Shown piece after piece: positions 16,242 through 25,032 of a DNA stretch of 53,667 nt. Source of the stretch: a virus (taxonomy: Duplodnaviria > Caudoviricetes); the IMG/VR virus record IMGVR_UViG_3300031986_000023, positions 1-53,667 of that record; one strand, written 5' to 3'. A program made the translations under genes and the position numbers. How positions within the stretch are numbered: the first letter of the stretch is position 1; every line of letters starts with the position of its first letter. The notes under the pieces are model-generated. The model had not been told where the DNA came from and did not search any database. It was given only the letters and a program-made list of their open reading frames with translations.

Positions 16242-16967
16242 TTAGATTTCGACGATGTTAGAATCGACGGCGATGGCCCACGTGCGGAGCAGCGCCGTGT
16301 TGGCGGCGCCGCCCTGCTTGGCACCCGGCATCGCGAGACCAAAGAACAGGTCGGTTTGACCCGCGGGCTGCGCGGTGGCGGTGATGCTGGTCGCGGTGGC
16401 CGCGAGCGTCGTGGCAATCGCCCCGCCGCCGGGGGTTGCCGATACGCTGAACGTCGTCGGGGTCAGGCCCGCGGCGACGACATAATAGACGGTGTCCTCG
16501 GTGAGGCCGGTCGGCATGTTGCCGCCCTCGGCGGTAAAGATGACGGGCGAACCGGCTTCAAGGCCGTGGCCACCCGGCCAGGTGATCACGCCGGGGGTCG
16601 CGACGCTGATCGTCACTTCGCCCTCGCTCGCGCAGCCTGCGCCCCATTCGACCTTGAACGCATAGGGCGAGCAGCTTTCGATCGCGTTCTTGAACTTGAT
16701 CTGGCCTTCGTCGTTCGAATCCGGCGCGAAGGTGTTTTCCATCGACCCGCCGATGCGCGTACCTTTGATCTGACGCTCGCGCCCTTCACCGATGAAGGGC
16801 TGGGTGATCAGGTTCTGGGTGTCGCCAAGCGAACCGGATTGCGTCCAGCCGCCGATCTCGGTCCACTGAGCTTCCTGCGCGGTGAAATCCTCCAGCGTAA
16901 CCGCACCCTTAGGGGCAACCCGCGTCCCGATATAGATCTTCGACCCGTTGACAGCCTGCAATGCCAT
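16242..16967 (-). CDS. Major tail (tube) protein with an inserted beta domain
   Basis: GSKIYIG...WTEIGG...LGD...KG motifs; AGGAG SD. Confidence 0.85.
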   Translation of the reverse strand: MALQAVNGSKIYIGTRVAPKGAVTLEDFTAQEAQWTEIGGWTQSGSLGDTQNLITQPFIGEGRERQIKGTRIGGSMENTFAPDSNDEGQIKFKNAIESCSPYAFKVEWGAGCASEGEVTISVATPGVITWPGGHGLEAGSPVIFTAEGGNMPTGLTEDTVYYVVAAGLTPTTFSVSATPGGGAIATTLAATATSITATAQPAGQTDLFFGLAMPGAKQGGAANTALLRTWAIAVDSNIVEI

Positions 16968-17015
16968 GTTCCGACGCTCCTGTTGCCCATAGCCGGGCCG
17001 CTCCAAAGTGGTGGA

Positions 17016-17054
17016 ACGTTACAACAGAAGGTGGAAGCGCGCAAGAATGTTGCG
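17016..17054 (-). promoter_or_regulatory. Putative late promoter CGCAACATTC-TTGCGC-N17-TAACGT
   Basis: Near-identical upstream motif at 29617-29655. Confidence 0.6.
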
Positions 17055-17064
17055 CGTTCGGATA

Positions 17065-17460
17065 TTATTCGTTCACGGGCTCAATCTTGATGACCTTGAG
17101 GCAGTGTTTTTGCATCTTTCGGACGTCTTTAGCGACGCGGCCCGGCCCGATGGGCTTGCGATAGAGGACGCGCAGGGTAGTGACGTCGTTGGCGCGCCGC
17201 ACCTTGAACGTCATCCACGGCTCCATTTTCTTGCCCCATGGGACGTGCGCGGTCCAATCGATGTCGTTGCCGCCCTCGGCGGGGATGATCGCAGCATCGC
17301 CAGCACGGTTCATCTGCCGCGCGATGCACGTCGTGGCGTCCATTAGCGACATGTCGAGCGTGGCAACCTGCCCCCAGTCGCGGTGCGGATAGTCCGGGGT
17401 TGCGGATTGCGCTGTGAAGGGCAGGGCGAAGACGGCCAAGGTGATAGTGGTGCGGATCAT
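17065..17460 (-). CDS. Secreted/periplasmic moron protein
   Basis: Sec signal MIRTTITLAVFALPFTAQSA; two Cys; own TTGACG-N17-CACCTT promoter (17467-17495); interrupts the terminator-tube synteny. Confidence 0.7.
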   Translation of the reverse strand: MIRTTITLAVFALPFTAQSATPDYPHRDWGQVATLDMSLMDATTCIARQMNRAGDAAIIPAEGGNDIDWTAHVPWGKKMEPWMTFKVRRANDVTTLRVLYRKPIGPGRVAKDVRKMQKHCLKVIKIEPVNE

Positions 17461-17491
17461 GGCGGGAAGGTGCCGCAATGCGCGCGGCCCG

Positions 17492-17935
17492 TCAAATCGA
17501 CGACCAGAACACCCGAACCACCGTCACCCGATACGCGCCTTCGATAAACGACTGCATAGCCGACGCATCCGCCGTTACGCGCAACCGCGACGGGCCGAAC
17601 GACATGCAGGTATCAGCCGGGAAGTGGTCCGCGATCTGGCCAGCGATTTCCTTGAGCTGGGTGTGCGTGGTGGCGCGCGCGATCGGCCATTGCACCGAAA
17701 GCATCAGCGTTCCCGAGCGGATATGGTCGACGCCGGACATCCCGCGGCTCGACAGGCCGACGCGGGCAGGATCGTTCGGGACGTCGGAGAGCATAATGTA
17801 GGGTGCGGGGCCGGTTGCGTCCGTCGGCGGCGTCACGATCGCGCCGGGGTCGAAGCGTGGCATCACGGGGCTGGTGACCAGCGTGTCGATGCGGCTTTTC
17901 AATGCCAGCCAGTCGGTGGTCTCGATCGATGGCAT
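17492..17935 (-). CDS. Tail terminator-like protein
   Basis: IAGQIADHFP; position after the HK97 gp10-like gene. Confidence 0.75.
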   Translation of the reverse strand: MPSIETTDWLALKSRIDTLVTSPVMPRFDPGAIVTPPTDATGPAPYIMLSDVPNDPARVGLSSRGMSGVDHIRSGTLMLSVQWPIARATTHTQLKEIAGQIADHFPADTCMSFGPSRLRVTADASAMQSFIEGAYRVTVVRVFWSSI

Positions 17936-18366
17936 TACTTCGCTCCCAATTTCGCGGCCTCGGCCTTGAGGATCGCAGGCCACTTGGCGGCGGTCGCCTC
18001 GGCGAAACCGAACCCTGCCTGATTATAGGTGCGGCCAAGACTGTCCTCGCCGATGAACCCGTAATTCTGGCGCCGCGCATAGGCAGCCTGCCACCCGATA
18101 TAGATGGGCTCGCCGGGCCTGATATTGGCGATGCCGAGCGAATAATCGCCCTTCGCCAGCCCCTCTATGATCTGCGGCGGCTTGTTATCGACAACGACTG
18201 AACGGGCGAGGTTGCCAGTTTTCACCGGCACGCGCCCGCCGTTCGGAATCGTCGTCGAAGCCACCTCTGCAAGCGCCTGCACGCTGTTGCGCAGCAAGGC
18301 GGTCAGGAGCGCCTCCGTATTCCCCGCCCATGCGGTGGGATCCGTTCCTGACCAGCCGGTTGCCAT
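17935..18366 (-). CDS. HK97 gp10-like tail completion protein
   Basis: PVKTGNLARS and AAYARRQNYG motifs. Confidence 0.85.
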   Translation of the reverse strand: MATGWSGTDPTAWAGNTEALLTALLRNSVQALAEVASTTIPNGGRVPVKTGNLARSVVVDNKPPQIIEGLAKGDYSLGIANIRPGEPIYIGWQAAYARRQNYGFIGEDSLGRTYNQAGFGFAEATAAKWPAILKAEAAKLGAK

Positions 18367-18594
18367 TTACTTGGTGACCTTGACCTTGGTGTCCTTACCC
18401 TCGGCGACAATCGCCTCGGGATCGCCGTTGCCGACCATGGCCAGCGGTGCATCGACGAAACCGCCAGTCGGCTGGCCTTCCTTGAGCCCCAGCTTTTCGC
18501 GCAGGACGTCAACGGTCAAACCCGCCGCCTCGGCCATTTTCCCATGCAGGATCGCTTTCCGAATCCTGTCGCAGTTCACGCAGCCCATAATCAT
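18367..18594 (-). CDS. Small CxxC-containing hypothetical protein
   Basis: Fills the gap, coupled to neighbours. Confidence 0.55.
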   Translation of the reverse strand: MIMGCVNCDRIRKAILHGKMAEAAGLTVDVLREKLGLKEGQPTGGFVDAPLAMVGNGDPEAIVAEGKDTKVKVTK

Positions 18595-19778
18595 TCTCCT
18601 CGTTTCAGCCCGTAGGCCCAGTCAATCCGCTGCTCACCTCGGCAACGGCAATTAATGTTGTGCTTCGCGCCGCCCTCGGGGTCGTGCGGGAACAGCATCA
18701 GTGTCTCGTCTGGCAGCACGAAATGCGTGTCGATTCCGACGACCTCTTTGCCGTTCATGGCGACGTGCTGGTCGCGGGCGTTCTGATCATCCGGACCTTG
18801 ATGGATCCAACCCTTGGTCAGCGCCTCGCTTGGCAATCCGGCCTTTGCGAGCGCCTGCCGCGTTGCCTCGGCTCGCGCCATTTCGACGCCGCTGGCAGTC
18901 TCGGTGCGCGCAATATCCTCGGCACGCCGCGCAATCAGCCGGTCGGAATATTTCGCGACCATCTCGTTGATCTTGTCGTCGGTCAGGGGGTTGGGCTTGC
19001 CTTCCGCGACATCCCGGATCGCGCGCTTGATCTGTGCGTCATATCTCCGATCGCGCCGGGTCATGCCGGTGCCGGGTTTCCACTTGCCTTCCTTGTCGAA
19101 GCTGCCGAGCACCTTGATCATCTCGTCAGGGTCGCCAGAGCGCAGGCGCGCGCGCATGCTTTCGGTATAGCCGACCTGTGGCGCGGATAGGCCAATGATA
19201 CCGCCCTCGCGGCGCCCACTGGTCGGGCTGATACGCCCAGCGATGTCGGTGGCGATCGTCGTCGGGCCTTGTCCCTTCTGGAAACCGTCGGCGATGACGC
19301 GGCGGGCGGTATCGATTTGCTCGGCGGTGTAGCCCTCGACACGCGCGGCCGCTTCGGTGCGGATGCGACCCTCGGCGCGGGGATTCGTCATATCGAAGCG
19401 GAATCGCAGTTCACCGCCGCCCGGCGCCGCAAGCGTGGGCGGCGAGGGCGGGTCAGCCGGTGGCGGCAAGATAGGCGAGGTGATCGACGGCAGGCGCGTG
19501 GTGTCGCGCTTTGGGATTGCGGCACGGCTTCGGGTGAGCTCGTCGGCAACTACCGCGCCAGCCTCGGCGAACCCGATCTGCCGCTCGATCATGTAGCCCG
19601 AGAAGGCGGCGCGTTCGATGTTCAGCGCATCAACGGCAGCGTCAACGTCGCGGGCGCGCAACGCAGCTTCCAAGCGCGCGAAGTCGATTCCTTGGCGCAG
19701 CGCCGCAATGGCCTGGCGGAATGCATCGCGCAGCCGGGGCTCAAGGCGATCGATCAGGGATTGTAGGGCGGGGGTCAT
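18591..19778 (-). CDS. Minor head morphogenesis protein (Mu gpF/SPP1 gp7-like)
   Basis: RAEDIARTE, R..H..MNG and INCRC motifs. Confidence 0.9.
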   Translation of the reverse strand: MTPALQSLIDRLEPRLRDAFRQAIAALRQGIDFARLEAALRARDVDAAVDALNIERAAFSGYMIERQIGFAEAGAVVADELTRSRAAIPKRDTTRLPSITSPILPPPADPPSPPTLAAPGGGELRFRFDMTNPRAEGRIRTEAAARVEGYTAEQIDTARRVIADGFQKGQGPTTIATDIAGRISPTSGRREGGIIGLSAPQVGYTESMRARLRSGDPDEMIKVLGSFDKEGKWKPGTGMTRRDRRYDAQIKRAIRDVAEGKPNPLTDDKINEMVAKYSDRLIARRAEDIARTETASGVEMARAEATRQALAKAGLPSEALTKGWIHQGPDDQNARDQHVAMNGKEVVGIDTHFVLPDETLMLFPHDPEGGAKHNINCRCRGEQRIDWAYGLKRGE

Positions 19779-20167
19779 CGGACCACGAATTTCACGGCGC
19801 AGACGGTGCCGACGGCAGGGATATTGTTGATCTTGAGCACGGTCACCGGAACGCGGTCCAGTTCGAGCACGTCGCCCGGCTCATAGGCGCCGCCCCATGG
19901 GGCAACGATTACCTGTTTATCGGTGGCGACGATCTGGCCGCCGGTTTCGACTGGCGCGCCGATCAGTTCCTTGGCGACGCCCGATGCGGCCCCGTCGAGG
20001 GGCGTGACGACGCGAGTGGGGACGGGCGGGGGCGACCACGGATGCGGTCCCGGCGTTCCCGGCGTGTAGCGGACAAGCGCGATCGATCCTTGGCCTAGCC
20101 CGCCTTCGCTGGTGGGGGCGAGGAGATCGATGGCCGTCTGGCGCATGTCGGCATAGAATTCGCCCAT
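19775..20167 (-). CDS. Head closure / head-tail adaptor
   Basis: Size and synteny; beta-rich. Confidence 0.7.
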   Translation of the reverse strand: MGEFYADMRQTAIDLLAPTSEGGLGQGSIALVRYTPGTPGPHPWSPPPVPTRVVTPLDGAASGVAKELIGAPVETGGQIVATDKQVIVAPWGGAYEPGDVLELDRVPVTVLKINNIPAVGTVCAVKFVVR

Positions 20168-20661
20168 CAGCAGCCGCCCAGCGTCCAGAGAAAGGCGCCA
20201 TCGTTGGCGTCGCAGATGAATTGCCCGAGCAGCCCGTCAATCTGGCTGTCGATGAACGACGGGCCGCTGCCGACCCCGTTCTTGCCGTCATCGAAGAATT
20301 CGCGCTCAATCGTATCGACCTTCTGGCGTTTTATGCGCGAACCCGCGGCGCCAGCCGACCCGATCAACACCCCTGGCGTTTCCGCCTCAAGCCACGCCGC
20401 ACGATACGACGCCGTAACCACCGCCGGCGGAATGACATCGTCGGGGATAGCCGTCGTGCAGTTGATCGTCGCCCCGGTGCGCGGCCATGCCTCCTCCTGC
20501 ATGACGCCGCCGGTGCGCTGCCCGGTCCAATAGCGCTCGTAGCCGTCGACATAGAGGCTTCCGCGCGCGCGAAGGATCGCCGGATCTGGGGCATCCGAAG
20601 GCAGTTCATAGCCCATCGTTTCCAGCCACGTCTCGAAACCAGCGTCATCGCCATAGGGCAT
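20167..20661 (-). CDS. Head-tail connector (DnaT-like annotated family)
   Basis: Q..AWPRTG...IP..V..A motif; KVDTIEREF. Confidence 0.8.
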   Translation of the reverse strand: MPYGDDAGFETWLETMGYELPSDAPDPAILRARGSLYVDGYERYWTGQRTGGVMQEEAWPRTGATINCTTAIPDDVIPPAVVTASYRAAWLEAETPGVLIGSAGAAGSRIKRQKVDTIEREFFDDGKNGVGSGPSFIDSQIDGLLGQFICDANDGAFLWTLGGC

Positions 20662-20662
20662 G

Positions 20663-20941
20663 TTATTTGCTCCTGATCTTGACGCTGGCGGTGCGGTCGT
20701 CGATGCGGCCCGCCGCAGTCGTGATGCGGTTGGTCAGTTCGTACTTCTCGCCCTCGGTCCCGCCGCTAAGCCAGATGACCGCGACCGTGTCGGTGAATGT
20801 GTCGCCCTTGTCTGGATCTTTGGTGATTCCAGACGGAACGATCCAATCGGACTCGGCGATCGTGTCACCTTCCAGCCACGCAGCCCAATTGATCTCATGG
20901 TCGAGCAGCGCATCGGGATCTTTATCTGGCCATTTCAGCAT
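20663..20941 (-). CDS. Fibre adaptor-like small virion protein
   Basis: KDPD..LD..INW..WL.GDTI...WLSGGT.G..Y.LTNRITT..GR..DR pattern. Confidence 0.7.
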   Translation of the reverse strand: MLKWPDKDPDALLDHEINWAAWLEGDTIAESDWIVPSGITKDPDKGDTFTDTVAVIWLSGGTEGEKYELTNRITTAAGRIDDRTASVKIRSK

Positions 20942-20979
20942 TATCTTTCGCCTTCGCGCACGATTATTTCAATTCCTTA

Positions 20980-23148
20980 TCATGCTGCGACACGTATCGC
21001 CATAGGGAGCGAGATTGAACGGGGTTCGGCTGGGACAGTGGCGGTTCGCGGTTCCGCGAGGATTGTGATCAATCGAGGTTCAGGAGCGACGGTTGCCGCG
21101 CGGGTTTCTGAGGCGACAGATGCCGCGCGCCTTTCCGCAGGGATGCCGATCGAGCGCTCGGCGGGCGTGTCGACCAGCACATATTCGAGCCCGACAATCG
21201 CCCCGCTCGACACCGCCACCCCATTGAGCGTCGCCATGACGAGCCGTTGACCGTCGATCTGGCTTGATCCCGCGCTCGCGCCAGAAAGCGCCGAAGCATT
21301 GAGCAGCGCCCCGGAAACCTGCCCCAAGCCGACGCCAGCACCCGCCAGCGCAGCCGAAACCGACGCCGCGCCGATCGCGAGGCCGGATGACGACGCCATC
21401 GCGGCAATTGCCGCTGTCCGAACGCCAGTGCCGACGATAACACCTTGACCCGCGGCGGATGCTGACAGGCTCGCGGCGACCACCTGGCGGCCAACTAGGC
21501 TTGCGCTTGACGACCCCGCCGATGTCAGCGCGCCAACAACAGTCGTGTTCGATGCCGACGAAATGGAGGCTGCACCCGAGCCGGTGACCGACAAGTCTGA
21601 GACCGAGGACGCGCGCCCGGTTACCGCGCCGCTTCCCGTTGCCGAAGCCGCAAGGATGGCGGGGCGAATGGAATTGCCCCCGACGGCGCATGTCCCGGTG
21701 GCTGCGGCGGACACCGCGGCGGATGCCGACGATAGGGCAACGATCGATGCCGCGCCTGCCGCGGCACCTGCGCACGCCCCCGCGCGAGTTGATCGCCCAT
21801 CAACGGAACCGCTGCCCACTGCTGTGCTGGTAAGCGCCGCCGCAGTCGATGTTGCACCCGCGACCGCCGCCGAGCCTTGACCCGCCCCCAAAACCACCCC
21901 CGCCGAGACGACAACCGATGCGCCAGCAATAGAGCCCGCACCCGATGCCGATGCCGTCAACGCAGCCGAGACGATGCCCCGGCCAACTGCGGCCGCCGTT
22001 CCGGTCCCCGATGCGCTGACAGTCGCTTGCGCCGTTGCGCGGCCCGTTGCGCTGCCTGATCCGGCAGCGGTGGCCGTGGCTGGCGATGAGGCCGTGCGCT
22101 GGCCTGTGATTGATCCTGAGCTGGTTGCGGCCGCGGTGATGGCGCCTGAGCTTCCGCCGCCCGCAGCATTCTTGACCGCTACGGTAATCCAGCAATATGC
22201 CGAACTCGCCGCCTGCGTTGCCGTCGTGGCGCCCGTTGCTCCCGCCACCAGCTTTTCGCCGGTATAGATCGCGACACCGCCGCCCGTGCCAGATGTTGCT
22301 CCATTGTCGAACCGCTCGGCAAGATTGCCCAGATTCGCATTTGCCTCACTCGACCAGCTTGCCCCCGATGCATCGCGGTCGGTTGTTACAAAGGTCAGGA
22401 CAAACTGATCATCACCGTCCGTCGTTACGCCGGTAAAGCTTCCGCTTGTCGAAGCGGCGGCGTTTCCACCAATGCTGACGCCGATGTCAACATCTGCGCC
22501 GCTATCGCCGCGAACGACAACCCCGGCAGCATATTGCACATCGCCGCTGTCGCCGATCGTAACGGACCCCTCGGTCCCGTCGCTGACTTTGGTGAGAACG
22601 GTGCAGCGAACACCGCCCGCTGCGCCAGCAGTACCGCGTGAAGGCGTCCCACTGTCGGGCGTAACGACTGTCCAGCCCGAGACGGCGGGAACAGCTTGGT
22701 TCGCCGTCATCACCACAATGAACAGCCGATCATCCGCCGCGCGGCCCGATGACGCAAAGCTGATCGGGACGGTCCCTGTCCCGCCGCCGCCCGTGCTGAC
22801 CCCTACATAGGTCGGACCCGCATAGACGGCGAAATCAACGGCATAAACCGTGGTGTTGGTGAAAGAGAAGCCGGTGGCGGTGTAGCTCGATAAAACCACT
22901 GAGCCGAAATCGAACGATCCCGCACTAGTGTATATGGTCCCATCGACATTAAGGGGCTTGCCGTTGACTGCCGCAAAGCTGCCCGCAGCCGTGTAGAGGG
23001 CAATCTGGTTTGGAGTGGCGCTGTCGGTGAATATAGCGTTGACGGTCGCCCCGCCGAGCGTTCCGGTGAAACTACCGAATGCTGGCCCCTGCGAACCGTC
23101 GCTATAGCCTGTTGCAGTACCGTCAACGCCTGCCGTTAATGTCGCCAC
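20980..23148 (-). CDS. 722-aa modular fibre template protein (two N-terminal beta domains, about 16 x 20-aa and about 6 x 9-aa repeats)
   Basis: Periodic Ala/Ser/Gly repeats visible in the translation; flanked by small fibre-type genes. Confidence 0.7.
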   Translation of the reverse strand: MATLTAGVDGTATGYSDGSQGPAFGSFTGTLGGATVNAIFTDSATPNQIALYTAAGSFAAVNGKPLNVDGTIYTSAGSFDFGSVVLSSYTATGFSFTNTTVYAVDFAVYAGPTYVGVSTGGGGTGTVPISFASSGRAADDRLFIVVMTANQAVPAVSGWTVVTPDSGTPSRGTAGAAGGVRCTVLTKVSDGTEGSVTIGDSGDVQYAAGVVVRGDSGADVDIGVSIGGNAAASTSGSFTGVTTDGDDQFVLTFVTTDRDASGASWSSEANANLGNLAERFDNGATSGTGGGVAIYTGEKLVAGATGATTATQAASSAYCWITVAVKNAAGGGSSGAITAAATSSGSITGQRTASSPATATAAGSGSATGRATAQATVSASGTGTAAAVGRGIVSAALTASASGAGSIAGASVVVSAGVVLGAGQGSAAVAGATSTAAALTSTAVGSGSVDGRSTRAGACAGAAAGAASIVALSSASAAVSAAATGTCAVGGNSIRPAILAASATGSGAVTGRASSVSDLSVTGSGAASISSASNTTVVGALTSAGSSSASLVGRQVVAASLSASAAGQGVIVGTGVRTAAIAAMASSSGLAIGAASVSAALAGAGVGLGQVSGALLNASALSGASAGSSQIDGQRLVMATLNGVAVSSGAIVGLEYVLVDTPAERSIGIPAERRAASVASETRAATVAPEPRLITILAEPRTATVPAEPRSISLPMAIRVAA

Positions 23149-23165
23149 GGGCTATCTCCCGCCCG

Positions 23166-23630
23166 TCAGGGAACCGAGCGACCGAACAGCGCCCGAATCG
23201 ACCGCGCCTTGGTGTCGGCAATCAGCCCCGAGACATAGCCAGGGTCCGTGCGCCCCGACGCATAGGCATCGGCCACGACCTCGGCGATGTCGGCCTCGAC
23301 GATAGGCTTGGCGTCCTCCATCCCCTTGCGGTTGAGCACCGAAATCAGCACCCCCTCGACGACACGCGGATAAAGACGCTCGGCAGACGGTTTCAATTCG
23401 TCGGGCAGACCAGACGGAAGTCCGCGCTCGCAAAGCCACCGGTGCGAATAGGCGCGCGCCTTCAAGGTCAGCCCATCGACCGCGGTGCGCGTGTGGTGCA
23501 TCACGACCTCGGCATCGTCGCGCGTCTCAGCTTGCGGCAGATGCGGGGTGTGCGCGCGCGAATAGGCTCGGCAACCTTCGACGTCTCCCGCTTCAAGCAG
23601 GTTACGGAACTCGGTTGCCGACACGATCAA
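23166..23630 (-). CDS. Hypothetical phage protein
   Basis: Overlaps the upstream gene stop; plausible globular composition. Confidence 0.6.
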   Translation of the reverse strand: MIVSATEFRNLLEAGDVEGCRAYSRAHTPHLPQAETRDDAEVVMHHTRTAVDGLTLKARAYSHRWLCERGLPSGLPDELKPSAERLYPRVVEGVLISVLNRKGMEDAKPIVEADIAEVVADAYASGRTDPGYVSGLIADTKARSIRALFGRSVP

Positions 23631-23938
23631 ACCAACTCGTCGGGATCGGGCAGCGGCTCGGGATCGGGGCAGGTCACGCTGATCTCGCCCGATGCGTTGA
23701 CATCGACCGAGCCGACGACCGTTTCATCCTCGCCGGACAGGAACACGATGCGCGTCACCATGACATCACCAGCGTCAAAGGTCGCGGCATCCGACTTGTC
23801 GGACTTTCCCTCGAACGCGACCTCATCGACCGCATATTCCTGACGAACGCGGCGGGCCTTGAGCGTGGCGGGATCGACCTCGACCGCCTTTTTAGTCGCA
23901 GTGGCCGCGGTATAGGCGCGGTAACGATCGAATTTCAT
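23627..23938 (-). CDS. Hypothetical acidic protein
   Basis: AAGGAG SD; acidic/Pro C-terminal tail. Confidence 0.6.
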   Translation of the reverse strand: MKFDRYRAYTAATATKKAVEVDPATLKARRVRQEYAVDEVAFEGKSDKSDAATFDAGDVMVTRIVFLSGEDETVVGSVDVNASGEISVTCPDPEPLPDPDELV

Positions 23939-23950
23939 GGGCTGGGCTCC

Positions 23951-24379
23951 TTAATCGAGCGAAAAGGCGGTGGCGGTGGAAAACTGCGGCGTGATGCCGT
24001 TGCCGGTCACGATGTTCGGCGAGACGGCGCCCTTCATCCAAATGTCGGACGAACCGCCGCCAGTCTTGCCGACCGATCCGTGGGTGATGGTGCCAGATCC
24101 GCCAGTGCCAGCCGGGAATGTGATCGCAGCCACCGGGGTCACGGTGCCGCTCGATTCTGTCCAGCCGCCGGTCGTGCGCGCGACGTTGACGCGGGCATAG
24201 CTGGTGTACGCGATTTCGCTGGTCGATTGGGTGCCGGTTTCGCCCGGGTCCGCCGTGTGACCGGCGACGCTGATATTGGTCTGCGGGGTCGAGGCGGCGT
24301 TGTCAGCCATGTTCGCCCATGCCACGGCCTGAAAAATCAGCTTCATAATTGCCGTTTCGGCGGTGTTCGAAAATGACAT
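23951..24379 (-). CDS. Small fibre subunit protein
   Basis: HTADPGE.G...E..Y..YARV...ITFP..TG..GTITH...G.TPQF pattern typical of small phage fibre proteins. Confidence 0.75.
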   Translation of the reverse strand: MSFSNTAETAIMKLIFQAVAWANMADNAASTPQTNISVAGHTADPGETGTQSTSEIAYTSYARVNVARTTGGWTESSGTVTPVAAITFPAGTGGSGTITHGSVGKTGGGSSDIWMKGAVSPNIVTGNGITPQFSTATAFSLD

Positions 24380-24396
24380 TGACGTCGATCCTTACG

Positions 24397-24425
24397 AAAA
24401 AGGGCGGGCGTTTAACGGCCCGCCC
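24397..24425 (-). terminator. Rho-independent terminator after the capsid gene block
   Basis: GGGCGGGC/GCCCGCCC stem followed by TTTTT on the minus strand. Confidence 0.8.
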
Positions 24426-24450
24426 AATCGCCCCAGGAGAAGCGGGAATG

Positions 24451-25020
24451 TTATTCGGTCGGGCGCTTGGCGTCCGGTGCGGCGGATTCGATTGCTTCGC
24501 GGGTCACGGCCTTGCCGGTCAGTTCTGCGACGGCTTCGACGGCAGGCAGACCAGCCTTGGTCCAATGTGCTTCGTTCTTGGCGTCGAGAAGGCCCACCGC
24601 AGCCTGAATTTCGTCAGCCTTGGCCGCTTCGTCGCCGCCGTTGCCCAGCTTGGCCAGTTCAGCCTTGAGGCCGTCGACGGTCGCGAGAGCGGCCGCCAAA
24701 TCCTTCTCGGCCTTGTCCGCGCGATCGTTCACCGATTTCAGCGCCTTCGCATGTTCAGCCTTGAGGCCGTCGATGTGTTCCTGCGCCTTGGCGATAACCT
24801 CGTTGCGAGCCTTGCCGACGTCGGTCTCATCGCCTTCGTTGATGATCAGCTCGGAACCCTCGACAGGTCCATCGCCGACGACGACGGCGCGGCCAGCCCA
24901 ACCAGCCGGAAAGTCAGCTTCGGTGTCGAATTCGAACCCGATCGGGTATTCGCCGCTCGGGTTCTCCTCGGTCGGCTGACCGTAGATACCCGAGCCGGTG
25001 ATGCGGATGCGTTTCGTCAT
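24451..25020 (-). CDS. Capsid-adjacent protein with coiled coil and C-terminal helical domain
   Basis: HWTKAGLPAV..V....G..VTR..I motif; directly after the major capsid gene. Confidence 0.7.
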   Translation of the reverse strand: MTKRIRITGSGIYGQPTEENPSGEYPIGFEFDTEADFPAGWAGRAVVVGDGPVEGSELIINEGDETDVGKARNEVIAKAQEHIDGLKAEHAKALKSVNDRADKAEKDLAAALATVDGLKAELAKLGNGGDEAAKADEIQAAVGLLDAKNEAHWTKAGLPAVEAVAELTGKAVTREAIESAAPDAKRPTE

Positions 25021-25032
25021 GATGCTCTCCGA

